64,000 nucleotides of DNA from Pseudomonadota bacterium (GTDB lineage Bacteria > Pseudomonadota > Gammaproteobacteria > JAKAQQ01). The first letter of the stretch is position 1, and each line of letters opens with the position of its first letter. The notes beneath the pieces are model-generated. The model saw only the letters and a list, made by a program, of their open reading frames with translations. It did not search any database and had not been told where the DNA came from. Where the stretch lies: positions 64,001 to 128,000 of the forward strand of contig DAHVLZ010000018.1 of NCBI GenBank assembly GCA_027320085.1, given 5' to 3'. Below, in pieces: positions 29,172-40,031 of the stretch. The position numbers were made by a program, and so were the translations under genes.

Positions 29172-29411
29172 ATGGTTACGATCCGGTTGGCTCGCGGGGG
29201 AGCCAGAAAAAGGCCCTTCTATCAGGTGATCGTTGCCGATCGGCGATCCAAGCGTAATGGCCGTTTCATTGAGCGTGTGGGATTTTTCAACCCCATGGCC
29301 CATGGACCGGAGGAGCGGCTTCACCTCGAACGGGAACGGATTGACTATTGGATCTCCCAAGGAGCGAAACCCTCGGAGCGGGTTGCCCAGCTGCTTGACC
29401 TCCCACACTGA
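29172..29411 (+). CDS. rpsP: 30S ribosomal protein S16
   Basis: [38 protein letters not shown]. Confidence 0.98.
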   Translation: MVTIRLARGGARKRPFYQVIVADRRSKRNGRFIERVGFFNPMAHGPEERLHLERERIDYWISQGAKPSERVAQLLDLPH

Positions 29412-29970
29412 CCCCTTCCCTCGGGATACGGGGAGCGAAAGCCCGCTCCCACCGACGCCCGGGGTGGTTTGTGGCCGGATCGTCGGAGTTTTCGGGATCC
29501 GGGGTCAAATCAAGGTGGTTTCCTACACCGATCCCTTGGAACAGCTTTTGGGCTATCGACCGTGGGAGATCCGGACATCCCGGGGGGATGTTTTCCCCGT
29601 CGAGCCCGAAGGTTGCCAACGCCAAGGCCAGAAGCTGGTCGTCGCGCTTGCAGGGTTCACTGACCGGACTCGGTCTGAGGCTTTGGTTGGTGCCGAAATC
29701 TCGGTTCCCCGCCAATGCTTTCCCCCGTTGCCCAAGGGCCAGTTCTACTGGGTTGATCTGCTCGGACTCGAAGTCGTCGACGAGGCGGGGATCCGGCTCG
29801 GACGGGTCAGCGATCTCACCCGCGGACCGGCGGGAGACTGCCTGACCGTGGAGGGAACCCCTCCGTTGCTCATTCCCTTTGTCTGGCAGTCGACCGTGCT
29901 GGCCGTCGAGCTCGAATCCCGTCGGATCCGGATTCGTTCAGCCGGGGGGGGCCTCCCCGGTGCGCTTTGA
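29395..29970 (+). CDS. rimM: Ribosome maturation factor RimM
   Basis: [31 protein letters not shown] and LIPFV. Start is TTG 29395 or GTG 29464. Confidence 0.93.
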   Translation: MTSHTDPFPRDTGSESPLPPTPGVVCGRIVGVFGIRGQIKVVSYTDPLEQLLGYRPWEIRTSRGDVFPVEPEGCQRQGQKLVVALAGFTDRTRSEALVGAEISVPRQCFPPLPKGQFYWVDLLGLEVVDEAGIRLGRVSDLTRGPAGDCLTVEGTPPLLIPFVWQSTVLAVELESRRIRIRSAGGGLPGAL

Positions 29971-30682
29971 CGTCGTGACCCTCTCCCCGGAGCTCTTCGA
30001 ACCGCTCGGGCAGTTCGGAGTGATTGGCCGCGCCCTGCGGGATGGCCATGTCTTTCTCAAGACCTGGAATCTCCGTGACTTTGCCGATCCACCCCATTGG
30101 CGGGTCGACGACCGGCCGTATGGGGGTGGCCCGGGGATGGTGCTCATGGCCGAGCCGCTCTGGCGGGCCGTGGAAGCCATCCGGAAGGAGGCGCCGGCCG
30201 AAGCCCCCGTCCTCTATCTCTCGCCCCAGGGCCGGAGACTCGATCAGGCACTCGTCCAAGAGCTGGCCGCCTATCCGGGACTGATTCTGGTGTGTGGACG
30301 GTACGAGGGGGTCGATGAACGGTGGATTGAATCCCAGGCCGATGGCGAACTTTCGGTGGGCGACTTCGTGATGACTGGAGGCGAGATTCCCGCGCTTCTG
30401 GTGATCGATGCCGTAAGCCGTTATGTACCGGGAACGGTCGGGGATGAACAGTCCCTGGTCCAGGAATCCTTTCACGGGGGCCTGCTCGAGGCCCCGGCCT
30501 ATACCCGCCCGGCCTCCTGGCGGGGACGGGAGGTTCCGGAGGTTTTGTTGGGAGGGCATCACGAGGATATTGCCGCCTGGCGCAGCAACCAGGGCCGTGA
30601 ACGAACGGGCCATCGCCGTCCGGACCTGCTCGAACCGGAAACGGGGAGCCATCCGGGCCCTCTTGGCAAAACCGAAAAATAA
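29960..30682 (+). CDS. trmD: tRNA (guanine-N1)-methyltransferase
   Basis: [40 protein letters not shown] and YTRP. Confidence 0.97.
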   Translation: MRFDVVTLSPELFEPLGQFGVIGRALRDGHVFLKTWNLRDFADPPHWRVDDRPYGGGPGMVLMAEPLWRAVEAIRKEAPAEAPVLYLSPQGRRLDQALVQELAAYPGLILVCGRYEGVDERWIESQADGELSVGDFVMTGGEIPALLVIDAVSRYVPGTVGDEQSLVQESFHGGLLEAPAYTRPASWRGREVPEVLLGGHHEDIAAWRSNQGRERTGHRRPDLLEPETGSHPGPLGKTEK

Positions 30683-30716
30683 CGGCACAATTAGGGTTCA
30701 GCAGAGGTTTTTTGAC

Positions 30717-31061
30717 ATGAACAAAATCATTGCGGAAATCGAAAGCCAGGAGACCCGTCCCGAGTTTCCGGCCTTCTCGCCCGGCGATACCGTGGTGGTG
30801 CAGGTGCGCGTCAAGGAAGGCGATCGCGAGCGTCTCCAGGCCTTTGAAGGCGTGGTCATTGCGCGAAAGAACAGGGGAATCCATTCCTCTTTCACGGTCC
30901 GGAAGATCTCGCATGGAGAGGGAGTGGAACGGGTGTTCCCGCTTTTCAGTCCGCAGATTGCCGAAATCCAGCTCAAGCGCCGGGGGCGGGTTCGTTCTGC
31001 CAAGCTGTATTACCTGCGGGGCTTGAGTGGCAAGGCCGCCCGGATCCGGGAAGACGTCTAG
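30717..31061 (+). CDS. rplS: 50S ribosomal protein L19
   Basis: [36 protein letters not shown] and AKLYYLR. Confidence 0.98.
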   Translation: MNKIIAEIESQETRPEFPAFSPGDTVVVQVRVKEGDRERLQAFEGVVIARKNRGIHSSFTVRKISHGEGVERVFPLFSPQIAEIQLKRRGRVRSAKLYYLRGLSGKAARIREDV

Positions 31062-32949
31062 CCTGGATTTCTCCTTCCATCCGCCATCCCGCGAGGGGCG
31101 CCCCGAGCCGAGGCGCCTGCCCCGATTTCTGCCCCTTCCGGAATCATCCGGGGCGAAGGTTTTGGCCACCTTTCTTCTCCCGTTTTTCGTGGCTTCTGCC
31201 CCGGGGGCCCTGGGCGCAAAGCCGCCGGCCACACCCCACCCCTCGCGTCTTTCGACCATCCGGTTGATCGAGCGGGGAGGGGCACCCCAACTGGCTTTGG
31301 CCTGGCTCCGTCGCGAGGCGCCTCACCGGGTGGAGGATCCGCGCTGGACCCGATGGGCACGGGAACGGATTCGCCTCGAGGCGAAGACCAGACAATGGGC
31401 GGATCTCGTGCGATTCGTGGATCGCCTGCCGGACGGACTTCCCGCGGAGTTTGTTGACTGGGCCCAACTGGAGGAAGCCCGCGCCCTGATCGCACTCGGT
31501 GATTTTCGCAGTGCCCGTGCCCTGATCCGCTCCTGGATCTGGCTGGGCCACGGGATCCCGGTGGCCGGACGCCTGCGGCGAGCACGACGCCTTTTGATCG
31601 ACAGTTACGTGGACGGCGGCGATCTTGGGGATGCGGAAACAGCGCTCCAGCTCTATCGGGATGATTACCCCCGGCATTCGGCACGGCTCTTTGTCCAGGA
31701 AGCGCGTCTGCTCATTGAGAGTGGAAAGGCGCAAGCCGCGTTTCACATGCTCAAATCGGATCCGGCACCGGAAGCGCGGATCCTCACCCTGAAGGCTCTT
31801 CTCGAGTCCGGGCTTGAAACGCCCCGGTCCGTGGCCGCGCAAGCCCTCCGCCTGGGCCGAAGCCCTCTGTCTCCCCGCCTCGAGGTCAAGGCCGACCAGA
31901 TCGCCTGGGAAGCCGAGCAGTCGCAGGGACACTATGCGCCTGCCCTGCGGATCCTGATCCGGATGGTCCATCTGGCCAACCTGCCGCAATCTCGGGTCCA
32001 TCTCTCCAACCGTTTCTCGGCAGACCTCTGGCAAACCCTGATCGGGCGGGGGACCGCGCTCGGCAACCAAGCCGGACTCGTCGAGGGTCTTGCGGGCCCC
32101 TGGTTCGGACTGGCCATGCGGGAGCAGGCCCACGGACACATGGATTCGGCTTGGGCGGTTCTCTGCGCCGTCATCCGTGGCTCCTTCCGGACGTCCGACC
32201 GAAACCAGGCGGCGGATCGGCTGGCCCTCTTGGCCGCGGCCCGGCCGTGGGGAGACGATTTGCTCTTGTTCTTGTTTCTGGATCCTTCGATCTACGCTCA
32301 TCCCGGCCGCCTGCCGGTCCTGCTGCGCCGGCGGCTCCTGCCACCGGTTCTGGCAGTCGGCCATTACCGGCTCGCTGCCCGTTTGATCCAGGGCCTCACC
32401 CAACCCCTGCAGGGCATGCCGACCGGTGAATGGCCGCTCATTCGGTTCCGGACCGAACTTTACGGGGGCCGTGAGAGGCGGGCCCTTCGCTTTCTCAAGC
32501 GACTGGTCGGACGCTGTGATCCCTGTCCGTCTGGACGGAGGTGGCTTGCGCAAGCCTTCCATCTTGAACGGCTGGGTCACAATGCAGCCGCCCTGTCGCT
32601 TTTGCGCGCGCTTTATAAAACGAGCCACGGGTCGAAATCGAAGCGTGAACTCCTATACTGGATAGCCGACGCGGAAGGTCGCCTCGGACACTGGCGGCAC
32701 GCCGCGCGGGAGGCTTTGCTGTCGGCAATCCGGCCGAATCCGTTCAACATGGACCCTTGGGCGCAAAGTGCCCGTTTCAAGGCAGCCCAGGCACTCGCCC
32801 GGGCGGGATTGATCCGCGATGCGCTGGATCAGTACCAAGCCCTGTTTAATGCCACTTCCCGGCCCACTGAAAAAGCAATTATTTATAATAAAATAATAAA
32901 GTTAAGGATTAAATTAAATCTTGAATCTCATACAAAGCCCCATGGATGA
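31027..32949 (+). CDS. Exported TPR-like helical-repeat protein
   Basis: Hydrophobic N-terminal segment and Ala/Leu/Arg-rich helical repeats (ELLYWIADA; [20 protein letters not shown]...Y). True start is probably downstream of 31027. Confidence 0.7.
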   Translation: MARPPGSGKTSSLDFSFHPPSREGRPEPRRLPRFLPLPESSGAKVLATFLLPFFVASAPGALGAKPPATPHPSRLSTIRLIERGGAPQLALAWLRREAPHRVEDPRWTRWARERIRLEAKTRQWADLVRFVDRLPDGLPAEFVDWAQLEEARALIALGDFRSARALIRSWIWLGHGIPVAGRLRRARRLLIDSYVDGGDLGDAETALQLYRDDYPRHSARLFVQEARLLIESGKAQAAFHMLKSDPAPEARILTLKALLESGLETPRSVAAQALRLGRSPLSPRLEVKADQIAWEAEQSQGHYAPALRILIRMVHLANLPQSRVHLSNRFSADLWQTLIGRGTALGNQAGLVEGLAGPWFGLAMREQAHGHMDSAWAVLCAVIRGSFRTSDRNQAADRLALLAAARPWGDDLLLFLFLDPSIYAHPGRLPVLLRRRLLPPVLAVGHYRLAARLIQGLTQPLQGMPTGEWPLIRFRTELYGGRERRALRFLKRLVGRCDPCPSGRRWLAQAFHLERLGHNAAALSLLRALYKTSHGSKSKRELLYWIADAEGRLGHWRHAAREALLSAIRPNPFNMDPWAQSARFKAAQALARAGLIRDALDQYQALFNATSRPTEKAIIYNKIIKLRIKLNLESHTKPHG

Positions 32950-34399
32950 TTCGGCCTTGCCCGATGAACACCCCAATCCCGGGGTCCGCGAAGGTGCTAC
33001 GTCCCGGCCGGCTTCCCAGCTCCGCTGGACCGAGGAGCTTTCGATCCTTTGCGAGGCCACCCGTCTGCTTGAGGACTCATTTGATGCCTGCCCGTCTTTT
33101 GATGTGGACTGGGATGCGGGCGCAATGCGCCATGTGCTCACGGAACTGGCCGGGGAGCTGGCCGACAATGACCCTTATTTCCATCCGCTTTATGCCGGCC
33201 AGATGCTCAAGCCGCCGCATCCGGTGGCTCGCATGGCATGGGCCCTATCCCTTTTCATCAATGCCAACAATCATGCACTGGATGGAGGGCGGGCCACCTC
33301 GCGACTCGAAAAATCCTGCATCCGATCCCTCGGCCGGCTTTTCGGATGGACGGATCCTTTGGGTCATCTGACCGGCGGGGGGACTGTCGCCAACCTGGAA
33401 GCGCTTTGGGTCGCACGTGAACGTCAACCCGACCGTCGGGCCATCGTCGCCTCTGAGGAGGCACACTATACGCACCGTCGTATGGCGGGCCTGCTGGGCG
33501 TCCCGTTTGTCCCGGTCCCCGTCGATGCCCGTGGGCGCATGCAAATGGTGGCCCTCGATGCCGCACTCGAACGCCATGATGTGGGAGTCGTCGTGGCGAC
33601 GGTCGGCACAACCGGCTGGGGGGCAACCGATCCGGTCGATGAAATTCTCCGCCGACGCGAACGGCATGGCTTCCGCCTGCATGCCGATGCTGCGTACGGC
33701 GGCTATTTCTCCCTGGTCTCGGAACATTTCGAGCCCCCGACCCGGAAGGCTTTCGAAGCCCTGCGTGACTGCGATTCGATCGTGATTGATCCCCACAAGC
33801 ACGGGCTCCAGCCCTACGGTTCGGGTGCGGTGTTGTTCCGTCGTCCGGAAGATGCACGGGTCTATGCCCACGACTCCCCCTATACTTACTACACGGCATC
33901 GGGCGGCCATCTCGGGGAGATCAGCCTCGAGTGCTCACGGCCGGGGGCCGCGGCAGCTGCCCTGTGGTGCACTCTGCGCCTTTTCCCGCTGGAACCCGGG
34001 GGCGTATTCGCAAAACAACTCTGGACCGGCTGCTCGGCGGCACGTGATCTTGCGGATGACCTGGCGCACGATTCGAAATGGACTATACTGAACGCGCCCG
34101 AGCTGGATATCCTCGTGTTTTCCGCACGGGCCAGGTCGGTTCGTGAGGCGGGCCGGCTTAACCGAAGGATTTTCGAGGAGGCGCGTCGTCAGGGATTATA
34201 CCTGGCACTTTTCGAGGCCCCATCCCACCGCCTGTTGTCAACTCAACCGGCCATTGAGATGGATCAACCGACCGTGAGCGTACTCCGCTCCTGTCTCATG
34301 AAACCAGAACACAGGGGTTGGCGTGGAGAGTATGTTCGTCGTCTCGAGGCGGCTTGGACGGGATCCCGCGAGGTTACGAATGCGAACCGGACCCCATGA
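32942..34399 (+). CDS. Group II PLP-dependent decarboxylase (MfnA/GAD-like)
   Basis: PYFHPLYAGQMLKPPHP, NNHALDGG, GHLTGGGTVANLEAL, AHYTH, GTTGWG, HADAAYGGY, DPHKHGLQPYG and ECSRPG. Confidence 0.9.
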   Translation: MDDSALPDEHPNPGVREGATSRPASQLRWTEELSILCEATRLLEDSFDACPSFDVDWDAGAMRHVLTELAGELADNDPYFHPLYAGQMLKPPHPVARMAWALSLFINANNHALDGGRATSRLEKSCIRSLGRLFGWTDPLGHLTGGGTVANLEALWVARERQPDRRAIVASEEAHYTHRRMAGLLGVPFVPVPVDARGRMQMVALDAALERHDVGVVVATVGTTGWGATDPVDEILRRRERHGFRLHADAAYGGYFSLVSEHFEPPTRKAFEALRDCDSIVIDPHKHGLQPYGSGAVLFRRPEDARVYAHDSPYTYYTASGGHLGEISLECSRPGAAAAALWCTLRLFPLEPGGVFAKQLWTGCSAARDLADDLAHDSKWTILNAPELDILVFSARARSVREAGRLNRRIFEEARRQGLYLALFEAPSHRLLSTQPAIEMDQPTVSVLRSCLMKPEHRGWRGEYVRRLEAAWTGSREVTNANRTP

Positions 34400-34445
34400 A
34401 CTTTTTGGACCGACCGTTTTGATTCCCCCTGTGGAGGACTAACTG

Positions 34446-36338
34446 ATGAGTCAACCTGAATCCGGGGCCTGGAAGGCCCTGAAAACGTTTTGGCGAGGCA
34501 TCAACCTTGTCCGTCTGCTCATCATCAACCTGCTGTTTTTCGGGTTTCTTGCCCTGGTCTTGTTCGTGGTGCTGCAACACCGGAAAACCCCGGTAGCCGA
34601 ACCCAACCACCTCGTTCTGGAGATCGGGCCTGCCGGCCGTCTCGTTGAACAGACCCACAATCCGGTCGGCCGGGCCATCGCCCATCTGGAACACATTCCA
34701 TCCGGCCATGAGACGGGCCTGGCGGACGTCCTTCGGGGCATCCGGCTCGCCTCCCGCGATCCCCACATCCGGGCCATCGTCCTCGATACCGACCGTTTTA
34801 CCGGCGGCGGAATGCCCGAAATCGACTCGGTGCGACGGGCTCTTTTGCATTTCGAGAAAACCGGCAAACCGGTGATCGCCATCGGCCGGAGCTATGACAC
34901 GTCCCAGTATCTCCTGGCCTCCGTCGCGACCCAGATCGATGTGTCTCCGGAGGGGGGTGTGATCCCCAGCGGCTTCGGACTGTACGAACCTTACCTGGCT
35001 CAGTTGCTCAAGCGTCTCGGGGTCGATGTCTACGTGGTCCGGGTTGGAAAATACAAGGATGCCGTCGAGCCGTTACTCCGCAATCACATGACTGCGCCGT
35101 CGCGCAAACAGTGGACGGCCTATCTCACGGGCCTCTGGACGCACTACGAACATGAAGTGGCGGTCTCACGTGACCTGCCACCGGATGCGGTGGGCGACTA
35201 TGTCGGCCAGGCGGTCTCCGCCCTCCGGAAAAATGGAGGGGACATGGCCCGCTATGCCCTGGCCGCTCATCTTGTGACCGCCATCCAGACCCGCCCCGAG
35301 ATCCATGCAGCCCTGCGAGGCTTGGTGGGTCCCTCGGGTGCCGGTCGCACGGGTTTCCACCATCTGGGACTCATGGCCTACTTGGCCCTGCACCCGAAAG
35401 TTGTGGATCTCACAGGCAAGCCGGAAATTGCCCTGATCCACGCCGATGGGGATATCGTGAGCGGGTCGGCTCCTCCCGGCGAAATCGGCAGCCGGAGTTT
35501 GGTGAACCTGATTCGTGCGGCCCGTCGTGATACTCAGGTCAAGGCACTGGTCCTGCGGGTCAACAGCCCGGGTGGCAGCGCGGCCGCCTCGGATGAGATC
35601 CTGCATGCGATCGTGGCCTTTGAACAGACCGGCCGGCCCGTGGTGGTCTCGATGGGCGACATGGCCGCATCGGGAGGATACTGGATTTCCATGGCGGCCG
35701 ATCGGATTTACGCCGAGCCGACCACCCTGACTGGATCCATCGGCATCTTCGGCATTTTTCCCGACGTCGCCCCGCTGCTTGCGAAGATCGGAATCTCGGT
35801 TCACGGCGTGGGCACAACCCCGCTCTCTGGCCAATTCAACCCGATGCGGCCCCTGTCACAGACGGCCCGGACCCTGTTCCGGATCGAAGTGCTTCATGGG
35901 TACCAGGATTTTATCGACCAGGTGGCCCATTTCAGACACTTGACACCCCAGCGCGTCAATGCGATCGGACGAGGCCATATCTGGATCGGCCGGACCGCGA
36001 TCCGGCTGGGCCTGGTCAATGACCTGGGTGGATTGTCGGATGCCCTCCGGGGAGCAGCCCAGTTGAGCCACCTGGTCCATTATCAGGTGGTCACTTTCCA
36101 AAAACCACTGCCCCTCTATGTCCATTTTCTCCTGTCGCTGTCCCGTTTGAGTCCGGGCGGATCATCCGCTGCGGCACAAATCCTGAACCCGTCGCTGCCC
36201 GGCTGGCTGGGCCTCTTGGAGCGTCTGCCCGGGATGTCAGGCACCGGGTCGGTTTTGCGGTCCGAACTCGGTTTCCTGAAGAGCCGGCGGGGCGTCTACG
36301 CCTACTGTCTGGGTTGTCGCGTCGCCCTGCTCCATTGA
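34446..36338 (+). CDS. sppA: Signal peptide peptidase SppA (67K type)
   Basis: N-terminal TM, VGKYKDAVEP, LRVNSPGGS, SMGDMAASGGYWI and TLTGSIG. Confidence 0.95.
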   Translation: MSQPESGAWKALKTFWRGINLVRLLIINLLFFGFLALVLFVVLQHRKTPVAEPNHLVLEIGPAGRLVEQTHNPVGRAIAHLEHIPSGHETGLADVLRGIRLASRDPHIRAIVLDTDRFTGGGMPEIDSVRRALLHFEKTGKPVIAIGRSYDTSQYLLASVATQIDVSPEGGVIPSGFGLYEPYLAQLLKRLGVDVYVVRVGKYKDAVEPLLRNHMTAPSRKQWTAYLTGLWTHYEHEVAVSRDLPPDAVGDYVGQAVSALRKNGGDMARYALAAHLVTAIQTRPEIHAALRGLVGPSGAGRTGFHHLGLMAYLALHPKVVDLTGKPEIALIHADGDIVSGSAPPGEIGSRSLVNLIRAARRDTQVKALVLRVNSPGGSAAASDEILHAIVAFEQTGRPVVVSMGDMAASGGYWISMAADRIYAEPTTLTGSIGIFGIFPDVAPLLAKIGISVHGVGTTPLSGQFNPMRPLSQTARTLFRIEVLHGYQDFIDQVAHFRHLTPQRVNAIGRGHIWIGRTAIRLGLVNDLGGLSDALRGAAQLSHLVHYQVVTFQKPLPLYVHFLLSLSRLSPGGSSAAAQILNPSLPGWLGLLERLPGMSGTGSVLRSELGFLKSRRGVYAYCLGCRVALLH

Positions 36339-36354
36339 ACAGGATCACCCCGCA

Positions 36355-36729
36355 TCAGTGAAATAAGGCGGCGAGAAGCTGTCCTGAAAGAACGGCAATC
36401 ACAAGGAAATTGAGGATCATCCCGGAGGCCCGGCCAAAGCTCGGGCCGGTGCTCCGGGACAGTCCCCAGCCGTGCAGCAGGCGTCCCAGGAGAAAAAGGA
36501 TACCGAGCCCGATGACCTCGGGCTGCTTGGCGGTCGTGAGCGCCGCCATGAGCAAAAGGAGGAGGGTTAACGGAGCGATCTCGACGGCGTTGGCATGGAC
36601 CCGGATGGCCCGTTCCAGTTCCGGATGACCGCCGTCCCCGATGCCGGTGGCGAGACGCCAGCGCAGCCGGATGACACGCAGGGCCAGCCAGACGATCCAG
36701 AGTGCGGTCAGGGCCGTGATGACGCTCAT
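36355..36729 (-). CDS. MAPEG family membrane protein
   Basis: IGDGG..ELERAIRVHANAVE and GRLLHGWGL. Start approximate. Confidence 0.85.
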   Translation of the reverse strand: MSVITALTALWIVWLALRVIRLRWRLATGIGDGGHPELERAIRVHANAVEIAPLTLLLLLMAALTTAKQPEVIGLGILFLLGRLLHGWGLSRSTGPSFGRASGMILNFLVIAVLSGQLLAALFH

Positions 36730-36796
36730 CGCGATCAGGTTGTGCCGGATGGTGGGTACAAAAAAGACAATTTGTGGAATATGCAAGTAAAAATCC

Positions 36797-37306
36797 TCAG
36801 GAGGGTGTGGGGCAACCAGATTCAGGAGGAGCGGACGAATCCGTGGGGGAGGCCGTATCCACCGGCGGGTTTTCCTCGTGGCGGATCGCCACGAGGAGAG
36901 AGGTGGACAGTCGTTCCACGATCTGGGCCGAAGTTGGCGACCGCCACCACTTCTCAATCCCGCGCCGTCGGTGGTATCCCAAAACCACGAGGTCCGCGTG
37001 AACCGCCTCGGCCATGCGCACGATCACCTCCATCGGTTCACCTTGTTCGAGATGGCCCTCGCAGCGCAGCCCCCGGCTTTTCAACCGCTCGATTCCTTCG
37101 TCCAGAATATCCTGGAAACGGTTGATTTCGCTCGCGACGGCACCGCCCGCGGCCAAGGATTCCGCCCCCAGCACCGATGGGGGCAGGTGGACGATGGCCA
37201 GCAGGTGGGTGCAAGCTCCGCAGCAGGCCGCGAGTTCCGCGCCTTCCCGGAGGGCCAGCCGGCTTTCCCGGGTTCCATCGTAGGCCAGGAGGATCGATCG
37301 ATACAT
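36797..37306 (-). CDS. Universal stress protein
   Basis: MYRSILLAYDG, GEPMEVIV and ADLVVLG. Confidence 0.9.
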   Translation of the reverse strand: MYRSILLAYDGTRESRLALREGAELAACCGACTHLLAIVHLPPSVLGAESLAAGGAVASEINRFQDILDEGIERLKSRGLRCEGHLEQGEPMEVIVRMAEAVHADLVVLGYHRRRGIEKWWRSPTSAQIVERLSTSLLVAIRHEENPPVDTASPTDSSAPPESGCPTPS

Positions 37307-37309
37307 CGC

Positions 37310-38890
37310 CTAGTCTCCCAAGGACGCATGGACCGGAGAGGTTCCCCCCCGGTCCGGCTTTTTCACGATCAAAATGAGGGGAATCATGACAATGAACGAC
37401 CAGCCGATGAAGCGGAAACAGTCCAAAAACGCCAGCATGCTGGCATGTCGCTCGAGGTTGAGGCCCAGGAGTACGGCAAATGGCCGGTTTACCCGCAAGA
37501 GTCCGGAGTGATGGAGGTAGGATTGCAAGGCCGGATTGAAGCGGTTGATGTGCCCTCCGAGAGTATTCCAGTTGACCTGTGTCTCGTCGGTCAGCAGGGT
37601 CGAAACGATCGAGATGCCGATGGAGGAACCGATGGTTCGAAGCAGGTTGTACATGCCGGCAGCCTCGGCTGATTCCCGGGGGGGGAGGGTGGAATAGGCA
37701 ATGGTCGCGAGGGGAACGAACAGCATCCCCATCCCCACGCCCTGGACCAGGATTGGCCAGAGCACCCAAAACATGTTGATGTGGAGATTGTACCAGTCGA
37801 GCGCAAACGTGCCGATGGCCGACAGCACCACGCCCACCAGCACCAGGAGACGTGCATCGACCCGGTGGATCAGGCGCCCGACCATGAACATGCCGGCCAT
37901 GCTGGCCAGCCCGCGCGGAGCCATGATGAGACCCGTGGTCAGGACCGGATAGTTCAAGAGCCCCTCGAGCAGTTCCGGTTGCAGGATCAGCGTACCGTAC
38001 ATGCCGAGGCCCATGACGGCAATGAGGAAACAGGAACTTGAAAAGTTTTGATCCCGGAACAGGCGGAGATCGAAAATGGTCTGACGGCCGCGGTTTCGCA
38101 GCGAATGCCAGAGGAACCCGACGAGACCGAGACCCGACAGCACGGTGAGCAAACGGATGGTATTGGAGGCAAACCAGTCATCCGTGTTGCCACGGTCAAG
38201 GACGATCTGGAGGGCCCCGATGGCGAACGCGAGCGTGACCAGGCCGGTCCAATCCATGCGACGGGGGCGGCGTCCGGTGTCCGGGACCACCATGGCGGTG
38301 AGAAGGAGACAAAGAATGCCGATCGGCAAGTTGACATAGAAGTCCCAGCGCCAGGACAAAACCTGAGTGAGGTAGCCTCCCACGGTAGGTCCCAGGATCG
38401 GTCCGGCCATCACGCCGATGCCCCAGATGGCCATCGCCCGGCCTCGTTGCTCCACGGGGTAAGTCTGCACCAGAACCGATTGCGAAAGCGGCGAGAGGGC
38501 CGCCCCGAACATGCCTTGCAACAGCCGGAACACGACAATTTCGGCCAGCGACGTCGCCATTCCGCACAAGCCGGAGGTGACGAGAAAACCGAAAATCGAG
38601 ATCAAAAAGTAACGTCTCTGGCCCAGACGGTCCGTCAGAAATCCGGTCAGGGGCATGAGGATGGCCGAGGAGACGAGATAGCTCGTAAGGACCCAGGTGA
38701 TCTGGTCGCTCGTGGCACCGAGCTGCCCTTGCATCTTGGGCAGGGCAACGTTGACGATCGTGATATCAATGACCTGCATCACGGTGGCCATCATGACGGC
38801 CACCGTGATCAGAAAGCGGGATGTGGGAGCGGGGTTTTCGGGAACCGGAATGTCAGTGGGAGACATGAGCCTTGGTGGAGTGAGCGCCAT
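37310..38890 (-). CDS. DHA2 family MFS efflux permease (EmrB-like)
   Basis: DITIVNVALP, WVLTSYL, FRLLQG, GPILGPTVGG, FYVNLPIG and YNLLRTIGSSIG. Confidence 0.93.
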   Translation of the reverse strand: MALTPPRLMSPTDIPVPENPAPTSRFLITVAVMMATVMQVIDITIVNVALPKMQGQLGATSDQITWVLTSYLVSSAILMPLTGFLTDRLGQRRYFLISIFGFLVTSGLCGMATSLAEIVVFRLLQGMFGAALSPLSQSVLVQTYPVEQRGRAMAIWGIGVMAGPILGPTVGGYLTQVLSWRWDFYVNLPIGILCLLLTAMVVPDTGRRPRRMDWTGLVTLAFAIGALQIVLDRGNTDDWFASNTIRLLTVLSGLGLVGFLWHSLRNRGRQTIFDLRLFRDQNFSSSCFLIAVMGLGMYGTLILQPELLEGLLNYPVLTTGLIMAPRGLASMAGMFMVGRLIHRVDARLLVLVGVVLSAIGTFALDWYNLHINMFWVLWPILVQGVGMGMLFVPLATIAYSTLPPRESAEAAGMYNLLRTIGSSIGISIVSTLLTDETQVNWNTLGGHINRFNPALQSYLHHSGLLRVNRPFAVLLGLNLERHASMLAFLDCFRFIGWSFIVMIPLILIVKKPDRGGTSPVHASLGD

Positions 38891-39875
38891 GATCCAGGAC
38901 TTGAATGGTCACACTGGCACTGGCGCCCACCCGCAGCGGGTAGGCCGCGCTCGGGTCGAGAACGGCGATGCGGACTGGAACACGCTGGGTCACCTTGACC
39001 CAGTTCCCGGTGGCATTTTCGGGTGGCAGCAGGGAAAAGGCGGTCCCGGCCGCCGGGCTGATGCTGATGACCCGGCCCTGGAAGCGGTGCCCCGGGTACA
39101 TGTCGACATGAATGCGGGCCGGATCTCCCACCCGGATACGCGAGAGGTCGGTTTCCTTGTAGTTGGCATTGACCCACCAAAAATGCGAACAGACAATCAC
39201 AAAGGGTGCCTGTCCCGCCATCGCCATGTTGCCGGAACGGAGCTTGACCTTGGCGGCCTCCCCATCACAGGTCGAGTAAACATGGGTCTGCTTGAGCCGC
39301 CAGAGGGCGTTATTGAGGTTGGCCTGGGCGATCTCGATGAGCTGGTTATGCGGTCCGGGCTGTCCCAGTTTCCGGCGGGCTGCTTCCAGCTGGGATTCGG
39401 CCAGATGGAGGCGGGCTCGGGCGCTTTTTAGGGCCGCAATCGCATCATCGTAGTTCTGGGTCGTGGCGTAGCCCTCGCCCAGGAGGTTGTGGGTTCGCTG
39501 CGCATTGAGCCGATCGTTGACATAGATGGCGTGGGCGAAAGCCACGTTGGCCTGGTCGGCCTCGACCTCGGCGACTTCGGCATGGACATCCCGCAAGGCC
39601 TCGGTCAGTTCGGCTCGGGCCCGGGCGACTGCAATCCGAAAGGGTGTGGAATCAATCCGGAACAGGAGCTCGCCATTTTTGACCTGTTCATGGTTGTGGA
39701 CGAAAACGCTTGCGATCCGGCCGGAAACGAGAGGAGCCGGACGGACAACGTGTGCATCCAGGTACGCGTCTTCCGTATTCGGATGATATTTGCTGTATTC
39801 GAAGTACCCATAGCCACCGCCTATCAAACCCAAACCCACCACGGTGAGCAGGGACCAGCGGATGATCTTGCGCAC
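38853..39875 (-). CDS. HlyD/EmrA family adaptor
   Basis: TEDAY, WVNANYKETDL and FSLLPPENATGNWVKVTQRVPVRI. GTG start preceded by GGAGG. Confidence 0.93.
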   Translation of the reverse strand: MRKIIRWSLLTVVGLGLIGGGYGYFEYSKYHPNTEDAYLDAHVVRPAPLVSGRIASVFVHNHEQVKNGELLFRIDSTPFRIAVARARAELTEALRDVHAEVAEVEADQANVAFAHAIYVNDRLNAQRTHNLLGEGYATTQNYDDAIAALKSARARLHLAESQLEAARRKLGQPGPHNQLIEIAQANLNNALWRLKQTHVYSTCDGEAAKVKLRSGNMAMAGQAPFVIVCSHFWWVNANYKETDLSRIRVGDPARIHVDMYPGHRFQGRVISISPAAGTAFSLLPPENATGNWVKVTQRVPVRIAVLDPSAAYPLRVGASASVTIQVLDHGAHSTKAHVSH

Positions 39876-40031
39876 GGATAAACCTCCGGAAAGGGAAAGG
39901 GACAACCGATTCGCCGTCCCCCGGGAAGTGGGAAGCTCCGGTCGGCCGGGAGGCGAGCCGGGGAAACAGGACCTATTTTAGCCTATAAACGGCCGGCCTC
40001 TATGCGGCTGCCGAACCCTGGGGTGCGCCTC

